Assembly: GCF_031178195.1 (NCBI RefSeq)
Contig: NZ_JAPSJL010000001.1
Span: forward strand, 263,275-327,274
Length of the DNA: 64,000 bases
Source: Zhihengliuella sp.
GTDB taxonomy: Bacteria; Actinomycetota; Actinomycetes; Actinomycetales; Micrococcaceae
Direction: 5' to 3'
Positions 17,363 to 25,011 of this stretch are shown in pieces (the stretch's first letter is position 1; the number at the start of each line of letters is the position of its first letter). A program made the translations under genes and the position numbers. The notes under the pieces are model-generated. The model searched no databases. It was not told the DNA's origin and saw only the letters and a program-made list of their open reading frames with translations.

Positions 17363-19423
17363 CTAGCGCAGGAACGCGGCGGCCACGCCGGCGTCGACCG
17401 GGATGTGCAGGCCGGTGGTGTGGGACAGGTCCGCGGTGCAGAGCGCGAAGACCGCGTTGGCGACGTTCTCCGGGAGCACCTCGCGCTTGAGCAGGGTGCG
17501 CTGCGCGTAGAACTTGCCCAGGTCCTCCTCCTCCACGCCGTACACGGCGGCGCGCTTGGCGCCCCAGCCGCCGGCGAAGATGCCGGAGCCGCGGACCACG
17601 CCGTCGGGGTTGATGCCGTTGACCTTGACGCCGTACTCGCCGAGCTCGGCGGCCAGCAGGCGGACCTGGTGGGCCTGGTCGGCCTTGGTGGCCGAGTAGG
17701 CGATGTTGTTCGGGCCCGCGAACACGGAGTTCTTGGAGGAGATGTAGACGACGTCGCCGCCCATGTCCTGCGCGATCAGCACCTTGGCGGCGGCACGGGA
17801 GACGAGGAAAGAGCCCTTTGCCATCACGTCATGCTGCAGGTCCCAGTCCTTGACCGAGGTGTCCAGGAGGGACTTGGACAGGGAGAGGCCGGCGTTGTTG
17901 ACCACGAGGTCCAGGCCGCCGAAGGCCAGGACGGCGGCATCGACGGCGGCGGCGACCTCGTCCTCGCTGGTGACGTCGGCGCGGACGCCGATCGCGACGT
18001 CGGTGGAGCCGATCTCCGCGGCGACGGCCTGGGCCTTCTCCAGGTCCAGGTCGGCGATGACCACGCACGCGCCCTCGGCGGCGAGGCGCTCGGCGATGGC
18101 CTTGCCGATGCCGGAGGCGGCGCCGGTGATCAGGGCGATGCGGGTGGCCAGCGGCTTGGGCTTGGGCATGCGGGCCAGCTTGGCCTCCTCCAGTGCCCAG
18201 TACTCGATCCGGAACTTCTCCGACTCGTCGATCGGGGCGTACGTGGAGACGGCCTCGGCGCCGCGCATGACGTTGATGGCGTTGACGTAGAACTCGCCGG
18301 CGACGCGTGCGGTCTGCTTGTCCTTGCCGAAGCTGAACATGCCCACGCCCGGGACCAGGACGATCGCCGGGTCGGCGCCGCGCATGGCCGGGGAGGAATC
18401 GTCCGCGTAGCGGTGGTAGTAGGCCGCGTAGTCCTCGCGGTAGGCGGCGTGCAGCTCGGCCAGGCGTGCCTTGGCGTCCTCGATGGAGGCGTCCGCCGGG
18501 AGATCGAGGACCATCGGCTTGACCTTGGTGCGCAGGAAGTGGTCCGGGCAGCTGGTGCCCAGGGCGGCGAGCTCGGCCAGACGCTCGGAGCCGAGGAACT
18601 CGAGGACCTCGGGGGCGTCGGTGAAGTGGCCGACCTGCGGCTTGTCGGTGGAGGCGAGGCCGCGGATGACCGGGGCCAGTGCGGCGGCCTTGGCGCGGCG
18701 CTCCGCCTCGGGGAGGGCGCCGAAGCCGGACTTCGCGGCACCGAACGGGTCCTTGCGGCCGTGCTCGGCGATGTACTGCTCGGCGGTGCGGATGATGTGC
18801 AGGGAGTTCTGCTCCGACTCCTCGGCCGTGTCGCCCCAGGCGGTGATGCCGTGGCCGCCGAGGATGCAGCCGATCGCCTGCGGGTTCTGCTCCTTGATCC
18901 GGGCGATGTCCAGGCCGAGCTGGAAGCCGGGGCGGCGCCACGGCACCCAGACCACCTGGTCGCCGAAGATCTCGGCGGTGAGCTTCTCGCCGTCGACGGC
19001 GGTGGCGATCGCGATGCCGGAGTCCGGGTGGAGGTGGTCCACGTGGGCGGCGTCGACCAGGCCGTGCATGGCGGTGTCGATCGAGGGGGCGGCGCCGCCC
19101 TTGCCGTGCAGGCAGTAGTCGAACGCGGCGACCATCTCGTCCTCGCGCTCGACGCCCGGGTACACGTTCACGAGCGCGCGCATGCGGTCCAGGCGGAGGA
19201 CGGCCAGGCCCTGCTCGGTCAGGGTGCCGAGGTCTCCACCGGAGCCCTTGACCCAGAGGAGCTCGACGTCCTCGCCGGTCACCGGGTCCTGCTCGGTGCC
19301 CTTGGCGGAGGTGTTGCCGCCGGCGTAGTTGGTGTTGCGCTTGTCGGCGCCCAGGCGGTTGGACCGTGCGATCAGATCGGCGACCGTCTGGTGGGTCTGG
19401 CTCTGCGGCGTCTCAGTGCTCAT
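17363..19423 (-). CDS. rhaEW: Bifunctional L-rhamnulose-1-phosphate aldolase / short-chain dehydrogenase (lactaldehyde dehydrogenase), actinobacterial RhaEW type
   Basis: 686 aa from the ATG at 19423 (RBS GAAGGAAAGAAG). N-terminal class II aldolase (NYAGGNTSAKG..WVKGSGGDL..HPD) and C-terminal SDR (ITGAASGIGKA..YSATKA). Confidence 0.9.
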   Translation of the reverse strand: MSTETPQSQTHQTVADLIARSNRLGADKRNTNYAGGNTSAKGTEQDPVTGEDVELLWVKGSGGDLGTLTEQGLAVLRLDRMRALVNVYPGVEREDEMVAAFDYCLHGKGGAAPSIDTAMHGLVDAAHVDHLHPDSGIAIATAVDGEKLTAEIFGDQVVWVPWRRPGFQLGLDIARIKEQNPQAIGCILGGHGITAWGDTAEESEQNSLHIIRTAEQYIAEHGRKDPFGAAKSGFGALPEAERRAKAAALAPVIRGLASTDKPQVGHFTDAPEVLEFLGSERLAELAALGTSCPDHFLRTKVKPMVLDLPADASIEDAKARLAELHAAYREDYAAYYHRYADDSSPAMRGADPAIVLVPGVGMFSFGKDKQTARVAGEFYVNAINVMRGAEAVSTYAPIDESEKFRIEYWALEEAKLARMPKPKPLATRIALITGAASGIGKAIAERLAAEGACVVIADLDLEKAQAVAAEIGSTDVAIGVRADVTSEDEVAAAVDAAVLAFGGLDLVVNNAGLSLSKSLLDTSVKDWDLQHDVMAKGSFLVSRAAAKVLIAQDMGGDVVYISSKNSVFAGPNNIAYSATKADQAHQVRLLAAELGEYGVKVNGINPDGVVRGSGIFAGGWGAKRAAVYGVEEEDLGKFYAQRTLLKREVLPENVANAVFALCTADLSHTTGLHIPVDAGVAAAFLR

Positions 19424-20458
19424 GGCTTCTTTCCTTCGTGAGAGAGGTGCGAAAGTCGCGGTATTCGTAGCTGATGGGGGAAGGGGGCGGTCGCCGGTGA
19501 GGAGGGCGGCGAAACGCTCGACGGTGTCGACGGCGCGCGGCGCCTCGTGAGGGCGGTTCAGGTAGCCGTGCGTGGCGCCGGGCTCGACGGCGAGCTCGAT
19601 GTCGGCCCCGGCCTCGCGGAGCGTCGCGGCGAAGGCCTCGGCGGAGACCCGCAGCTCGTCGAGCTCGGCGACGGTGATGCACGACGGCGGGAAGCCGGCG
19701 AGCTGCTCGATCGTCGCCGTGCCCGGCACGGCCTCGAAGGGAGCGCTCTCGGCCGGACCGGCCGAGCCAAGGTAGTTCTCGTAGAACGCCCGCACGACCG
19801 CGGGGGCGAACTGGTCGGTCAGTCCCGCCTCGGCCAGGGCGGACCGGAGCTCCTCCCCGACCGGTGGCTGGATGGCGTGGAGGGTCGGGTAGGCCAGCAG
19901 CACGCGCCAGGGCACTGAGGTGTCGGGGGCGGAGGTCCCGGACACCGAGGCCACGGGTCCGGCGGGGGCGTCGAACCCGTCCGAGCCCTTCCCGGCGACC
20001 TGTCGGTGGCCGGCGAGCAGGCGCAGGGTGGCGCCGGCCGCCAGGTTCGCACCGGCGCTCGCGCCACCGAGGGCGACCCGGGCCGGGTCGGCACCGAGTT
20101 CGTGCGCGTGCTGGCGCGTCCAGGCGTGAGCGAAGACGATCTCCTCGAGCGCCACGGGGAAGTGGACGCCCGGGCGGACCTCGCCGCCCCAGCGGGCCTC
20201 GCCGTTGAGCGGAGCGAGCCGGTAGTCGACCGAGACGACCGCGACGCCGCGCTCGGCGAGTCTGCGGGCCACCCAGTCGGCCTCGGCCATGTCCAGGTCG
20301 CCGACGGCGAATGCACCGCCGTGCGCCCAGACCAGAGCGGGGGCCGAGGGCGGCCGCGGCACCCGCCCGCCGCCGTCGGACGACTCCGGGCCCGCCGGCA
20401 GGTAGGTCCGCACGGGGAGGCCCCCGTGCGGTCCGTCGAGCACCAGGTCTCGGATCAT
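19424..20458 (-). CDS. Alpha/beta hydrolase (Aes/HSL-type esterase) with no stop codon of its own; the frame runs straight into rhaEW
   Basis: HGGAF oxyanion motif, GASAG nucleophile elbow, later D and GATHGY. Its ATG overlaps the rhaI stop (ATGA). The track shows one 1031-aa ORF, 17363..20458. Confidence 0.7.
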
Positions 20459-21636
20459 GCGCCCCAGCTGGCCTGCTGCCCGCCCTGGCGCTCCTCGTTA
20501 ATCCGGGCCTGGTAGCCGGACTCGGTATAGGCGGCCAGCGGGTCCGCGGGCAGGCCGCGGGACTCGCGCCACTCGGCCAGCGCCGGGCGAACGTCCGTGT
20601 AGAAGGCGTCCATGAAGACCGCGTTGGCCGCCAGGACGTCCTGGTTGCCGCGGGCCTCGGCGAGGGCGTCCTGGTCCACGAGCAGCGCGCGGGCCGTCAT
20701 CTCCTGGACGTTGAGGACGGAGCGGATCTGCCCCGGGATCTTCTCCTCGATGTTGTGGCACTGGTCCAGCATCAGGCCCAGGTCCGTGCCCTCGTCCAGG
20801 CCGCCGCCGCGCACGACCTCGGCCATGATGCGGAAGAGCTGGAACGGGTCGGCGGCGCCGACGATCAGGTCGTCGTCCGCGTAGAAGCGCGAGTTGAAGT
20901 CGAACGAGCCGAGCTTGCCGAGGCGCAGCAGCTGCATGACGATGAACTCGATGTTGGTGCCGGGCGCGTGGTGGCCGGTGTCGAGGCAGACCTTGGCCTT
21001 GTCGCCCAGCGCCGCCACCTGGGCGTAGGACGTACCCCAGTCCGGGACGTCCGTGTGGTAGAACGCCGGCTCGAAGAACTTGTACTCGAGCACCATGCGC
21101 TGCTCGTCGCCGAGCGCGGCGTAGATCTCCGCCAGCGACTCGGCCAGGTTGTCCTGACGCTGGCGCATGTCGCCCTGCCCGGGGTAGTTGGTGCCGTCGG
21201 CGAGCCAGATCTTGAGGTCCTTGGAGCCCGTGGCGGTCATGATCTCGATGCACTCGAGGTGGTGGTCGATCGCCGCGCGGCGGACCGCGGCGTCCGCGTG
21301 CGTCAGGGAGCCGTACTTGTACTGGTCCGCCTGGAACGTGTTGGAGTTGACGGTCCCGATGGTCATGCCCAGGTCCTCGGCGTAGCGGCGCAGTGCCGCG
21401 TAGTCGTCCACCTTGTCCCACGGGATGTGGAGTGCGACGGCGGGGGCCAGGCCCGTGGTCCGGTTGACCTGGGCGGCATCGGCGATCTTCTCCTCGACGG
21501 TGCGGGGCGTGCCCGGGGTGGTGAAGACCTTGAAGCGGGTGCCGGAGTTGCCGTAGGCCCACGACGGGACCTCGATGGCCAGGCGCTCCAGCTGCGGCGC
21601 GATGGCGCTCAAGCCGGCGGCGGACAGTGCGGTCAT
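20455..21636 (-). CDS. rhaI: L-rhamnose isomerase, actinobacterial RhaI type (xylose-isomerase-like TIM barrel)
   Basis: ATG at 21636 with RBS AAAGGGG. ..IEVPSWAYGNSGTRFKVF..LEYKFFEPAFYHTDVPDWG..DTGHHAPGTNIEFIV. Confidence 0.85.
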   Translation of the reverse strand: MTALSAAGLSAIAPQLERLAIEVPSWAYGNSGTRFKVFTTPGTPRTVEEKIADAAQVNRTTGLAPAVALHIPWDKVDDYAALRRYAEDLGMTIGTVNSNTFQADQYKYGSLTHADAAVRRAAIDHHLECIEIMTATGSKDLKIWLADGTNYPGQGDMRQRQDNLAESLAEIYAALGDEQRMVLEYKFFEPAFYHTDVPDWGTSYAQVAALGDKAKVCLDTGHHAPGTNIEFIVMQLLRLGKLGSFDFNSRFYADDDLIVGAADPFQLFRIMAEVVRGGGLDEGTDLGLMLDQCHNIEEKIPGQIRSVLNVQEMTARALLVDQDALAEARGNQDVLAANAVFMDAFYTDVRPALAEWRESRGLPADPLAAYTESGYQARINEERQGGQQASWGA

Positions 21637-21649
21637 GGGATTGCCCCTT

Positions 21650-21674
21650 TGAATCGTTTCAGAAATACGATTCA
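21650..21674. promoter_or_regulatory. LacI-type (RhaR) operator region in the rhaI / LacI-regulator divergent spacer
   Basis: TGAATCGTTTCA (21650-21661) is the reverse complement of the rhaM site. The whole 25-mer TGAATCGT-n9-ACGATTCA is an 8-bp inverted repeat. Confidence 0.65.
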
Positions 21675-21726
21675 AATGTAGGATGGGGCGGACATCCTGT
21701 CAAGTGCGTCACACGGAGGAGTACCC

Positions 21727-22737
21727 ATGAGAGCCGCCAGCGTCAAGGACGTCGCCGACCGCGCCGGGGTCTCGGTGGGCACCGTCTCCAACGTGCTGAA
21801 CAATCCGGACCGCGTCGCCTCCGCCACGCGCGAGCGCGTCCAGGCCGCGATCGCCGAGCTGGGGTTCGTCCGGAACGACGCCGCCCGCCAGCTCCGCGCC
21901 GGCCAGAGCCGGACCATCGGGCTGGTGCTCCTGGACGCCGCCAACCCGTTCTACGCCGCGCTGGCCGCCGGCGCCGAGGACGAGGCGGCGCAGCACAACT
22001 CCACCGTGCTGCTCGCCAGCAGCCAGGGCGATCCCCGCCGCGAGGAGCGCTACATCGACCTGTTCGAGGAGCAGCGCGTCCAGGGCCTGCTGATCAGCCC
22101 GGTGGGGGATCCCTCCGCCCGCCTGGCCCAGCTCGTGGGCCGGGGCGTCCCCACGGTCCTCGTCGACCGCGACGCCGAGGCGGAGACGTACGGCTCCGCG
22201 TCGGTGGACGACGTCCACGGCGGCCGGCTCGCCGTCGAGCACCTGGTCGCCGGCGGCCGCCGGCGGATCGCGTTCCTGGCCTCGGATCCGGGCCTGCGCC
22301 AGGTCGCGGACCGCTTCGCCGGGGCGCGGGCGGCCGCGGAGGCGGCGGGAGCCGAGCTGGAGTTCGTGCGGACCTCCGGCATGACAATCCTCGGCGGGCG
22401 GGCCGCGGCGGCCGACCTCCTGCGGCGGGAGACCACGCCGGACGCGATCTTCTGCGCCAACGACCTGCTCGCCACCGGCGTGCTCCAGGCCCTGATCATG
22501 GACGGCCGCTACCGGGTGCCGGAGGACGTGGCACTCGTGGGCTACGACGACATCGAGTTCGCCTCCAGCGCGATCGTCCCGCTGACCACCGTCCGCCGGC
22601 CGGCCGAGGAGATGGGCCGCACGGCCGTGCGGATGCTCCTGGGCAGGGCCGACGTCGAGCACACCGTGTTCAAGCCGGAGCTCGTGATCCGCGCGAGCAC
22701 GGCGCGCGAGACCGGCGAGGCGAGCGCAGCCCACTAG
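21727..22737 (+). CDS. rhaR: LacI-family transcriptional regulator of the rhamnose genes
   Basis: ASVKDVADRAGVSVGTVSNVLNNPDRVASATRERVQAAIAELGFVRNDAARQLR and a periplasmic-binding-fold effector domain. Divergent from rhaI. Confidence 0.8.
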   Translation: MRAASVKDVADRAGVSVGTVSNVLNNPDRVASATRERVQAAIAELGFVRNDAARQLRAGQSRTIGLVLLDAANPFYAALAAGAEDEAAQHNSTVLLASSQGDPRREERYIDLFEEQRVQGLLISPVGDPSARLAQLVGRGVPTVLVDRDAEAETYGSASVDDVHGGRLAVEHLVAGGRRRIAFLASDPGLRQVADRFAGARAAAEAAGAELEFVRTSGMTILGGRAAAADLLRRETTPDAIFCANDLLATGVLQALIMDGRYRVPEDVALVGYDDIEFASSAIVPLTTVRRPAEEMGRTAVRMLLGRADVEHTVFKPELVIRASTARETGEASAAH

Positions 22738-22754
22738 GACCGCTCCGCGCAGCC

Positions 22755-23924
22755 CTACCGCGGGAGCTGCGGAGCGCGCAGCTGCCAGACGAGCGCGACG
22801 ACGGCGACCGCCGTCAGCACCGACATGGCCACGGGCAGCGAGGCCGCCATGGTCGTGACGCCGATCGCGGGACTGAGCACGATCGTCGTCGCACGCATCG
22901 CGAAGCTGACCCACGTCACACCGCTGTGCGGCGGCAGGCCGGGGACCGCGTCGGCCTGCGCGAAGGCCACGGGCACGGTGACCGCGCAGCCGAGGCCCGC
23001 CACCACCAGACCGAGCAGCGTCAGCGGGACATTCGGGGCCCAGGCGGCCGCGAGCAGTCCGACGGCGACCGCCGCCAGGGAGATCAGCAGGGCCCGCCGG
23101 TCGCCCAGCCGGTCGATCACCCGGTCGCCGAGCAGCCGGCCCACGAACTGCGCGCCGAGCAGGACGCTCACGCCGATCCCCGCCGCACCGGCGGGCAGCC
23201 CCCGCTCGCTGGCCAGGAGGACCGCGGACCAGTTCCCGCCGATCTCCTCCACGCTGATGCCGGCCAGCGCCACCAGCGCCAGCGGGATGAGGAACTTCGC
23301 GACGCCGCGGCCGCCCAGCGAGGCGGCGGGGGCCTCCTCGGCGACGGCCGCTCGTTCGGGCAGGAAGTTCCGCGCCGCCCACGCCATCGATGCGACGCAC
23401 ACCGCGCCCCACACGGCCAGGTGGGCCACGAGCGGCACGTCGGCGACCGCCATGACCGTGCCGACGCCGCCGCCCACCGCCGCGCCGATGCTCCACCCCG
23501 CGTGCATGAAGTTCAGCAGCGAGCGGCCGTACGCCTCCTGCACGCGCAGCCCCTGCGAGTTCTGGCCGACGTCCACGCACGCGTCCCCCACGCCGCAGAG
23601 GAACAGCCCCAGGAGGAACAGCCACGGCAGCCCGACGACGACGCCGGTGGCCGCCACGGTCAGGGCGAGGGCGCACCAGAGGGTGCCGAACGCCGTCGTG
23701 CGCGGGGTGCCGAAGCGGCGCAGGACGGCCGCCGGCAGGTGGAAGGCGGCGGCGCCGCCGAGCGTCATGCCGACCACGAGCAGGCCGAACACCGCCGGAC
23801 TGACCCCCATCACGTCCTTGACCTCGGCGTAGCGGGCCAGCATGGAGGCGGGGAGCGCGCCATTGGTCGCGAAGGCCAGCATGGCGGCGACGCGGGCGCG
23901 CCGGAGCACGGGATCTGGATGCAT
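22755..23924 (-). CDS. MFS transporter, substrate unknown
   Basis: ATG at 23924 (MHPDPVLRRARVAAMLAFATNG..). 12-TM hydrophobic profile. Confidence 0.75.
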   Translation of the reverse strand: MHPDPVLRRARVAAMLAFATNGALPASMLARYAEVKDVMGVSPAVFGLLVVGMTLGGAAAFHLPAAVLRRFGTPRTTAFGTLWCALALTVAATGVVVGLPWLFLLGLFLCGVGDACVDVGQNSQGLRVQEAYGRSLLNFMHAGWSIGAAVGGGVGTVMAVADVPLVAHLAVWGAVCVASMAWAARNFLPERAAVAEEAPAASLGGRGVAKFLIPLALVALAGISVEEIGGNWSAVLLASERGLPAGAAGIGVSVLLGAQFVGRLLGDRVIDRLGDRRALLISLAAVAVGLLAAAWAPNVPLTLLGLVVAGLGCAVTVPVAFAQADAVPGLPPHSGVTWVSFAMRATTIVLSPAIGVTTMAASLPVAMSVLTAVAVVALVWQLRAPQLPR

Positions 23925-24111
23925 GAGGTCGAGTCTTCCGCATTCTCCGCCGGCTGGTGAAAAACAACGACGGCGCGTCGGACTCGGGCGACCAGCGGGT
24001 CCGGCCCTGCGCCGAACGCGCGTCCCCCTCGGACGCCGGCCGTACGCTGGGAGCGCCCCGTGCCGCATCGCGGCCCCGCTCCCCCGACCCGCCCGCCGAG
24101 GAGAACAACCC

Positions 24112-24423
24112 ATGATCCGCGAGCATGCCCTGCTCCCCGTGCGCGAGGACCTCGAGCTCGAGTTCGAGGCCGCCTTCGAGCACGCCCGCACACTCATCGC
24201 CGCCAGCCCCGGCTTCCGCGGCCTGACGCTCTCCCGGTGCATCGAGCGCCCGTCCACCTATCTGCTGCTGGTGGACTGGGACAGCGTCGCCGACCACGAG
24301 GAGGGCTTCCGCGGCTCCGCCGGCTACGAGCAGTGGCGGGCGCTGCTGCACCGGTTCTACGAGCCGTTCCCGCGCGTGGAGCACTTCGAGACGGTCGCCG
24401 CGGTGGTTGACCCGCATGCGTAG
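24112..24423 (+). CDS. Antibiotic-biosynthesis-monooxygenase (ABM) domain protein
   Basis: GAGGAG RBS. MIREHALLPVREDLELEFEAAFEHARTLIAASPGFRGLTLSRCIERPSTYLLLVDWDSVADHEEGFRGS. Confidence 0.75.
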   Translation: MIREHALLPVREDLELEFEAAFEHARTLIAASPGFRGLTLSRCIERPSTYLLLVDWDSVADHEEGFRGSAGYEQWRALLHRFYEPFPRVEHFETVAAVVDPHA

Positions 24424-24455
24424 GCTGGGACCGAGTCCATCGAGAGGGGAATGAC

Positions 24456-24671
24456 ATGGCGAAGAAGTCGTGGGCCGAGCTGACCCGGCAGCAGAAGTGG
24501 CGCCTGGGCGTCCTCGGCGTGGCACAGCTGGCCCTGCAGTTCGTGGTCCTGCGGGACATCGCGGAGCGCCCGGCGGAGGAGGTCAACGGCCCGAAGGCGG
24601 GCTGGATCGCCGCGAGCTTCCTCAACTTCGGGGGGCCGCTGGCGTATCTGGCCTTCGGCCGCAGGAACTAG
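24456..24671 (+). CDS. Small PLDc_N-domain membrane protein
   Basis: 71 aa, ..VLRDIAERPAEEVNGPKAGWIAASFLNFGGPLAYLAFGRR. Confidence 0.7.
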   Translation: MAKKSWAELTRQQKWRLGVLGVAQLALQFVVLRDIAERPAEEVNGPKAGWIAASFLNFGGPLAYLAFGRRN

Positions 24672-24685
24672 CACCCACCCCCTGG

Positions 24686-24723
24686 CCCGGGCCCGTCCAC
24701 TGCGGACGGACCCGGGCTTTTCT
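24686..24723 (+). terminator. Intrinsic terminator with a T-tract
   Basis: cccgggcccgtcc-actgc-ggacggacccggg (12 of 13 bp paired), followed by cttttct. Confidence 0.7.
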
Positions 24724-24760
24724 GCGTCCCGGGGCCGGCAGCCCGGCGGCAGCGCATCGG

Positions 24761-24884
24761 CGTCGCACTCCTGCAGGCCCACACCCGCTTCGGCCTGCAG
24801 GAGTGCGACGCCGAGCCCCGGGAGCTGCAGAAGTGCGACCTCGAGCCGCGGGACCTGCAGGAGCGCACCCTCGATCTCTCCCGC
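24761..24884. repeat. Perfect 19-bp hairpin followed by three 30-nt tandem units sharing the core CTGCAGGAGTGCGAC (four core copies, one inverted)
   Basis: cgtcgcactcctgcaggcc (24761-79), 12-nt loop, ggcctgcaggagtgcgacg (24792-810). Units start at 24795, 24825 and 24855. Confidence 0.8.
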
Positions 24885-24934
24885 CCCGGACTATGACCGC
24901 AGTCACATGTGCCCTACAGTTGGAGCAGGCGCTT

Positions 24935-24969
24935 GTTCGACTATCGAACCGGCCGTTCTATTATCGAAC
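24935..24969. promoter_or_regulatory. Two palindromic operator-like sites, GTTCGA-cta-TCGAAC and GTTCTA-tta-TCGAAC, with centres 20 bp apart
   Basis: 24935-24949 and 24955-24969, 43-77 nt upstream of the hydroxylase start. Confidence 0.55.
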
Positions 24970-25011
24970 ACAGGGGATGCAGCGACCCCGTCACGAAGGA
25001 GTGAGGAAGCC

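Noticed and set aside
16022-19441. 1139-aa plus-strand ORF antisense to rhaB/rhaEW. Similar giant antisense or off-frame ORFs occur at 21709..24525, 33611..36937, 38688..41672, 39767..42256, 44705..47071, 60178..62232 and 61436..63031.
   Set aside because: No recognisable domains and extreme R/G/D/A/H composition. Each fully overlaps confidently identified genes on the other strand or frame. They are stop-codon-poor artefacts of high GC.
19424-19490. Treating the hydrolase-rhaEW junction as a plain annotation of two genes
   Set aside because: There is truly no in-frame stop in the given sequence, so I kept both the two-gene and the fusion interpretations open rather than inventing a stop.
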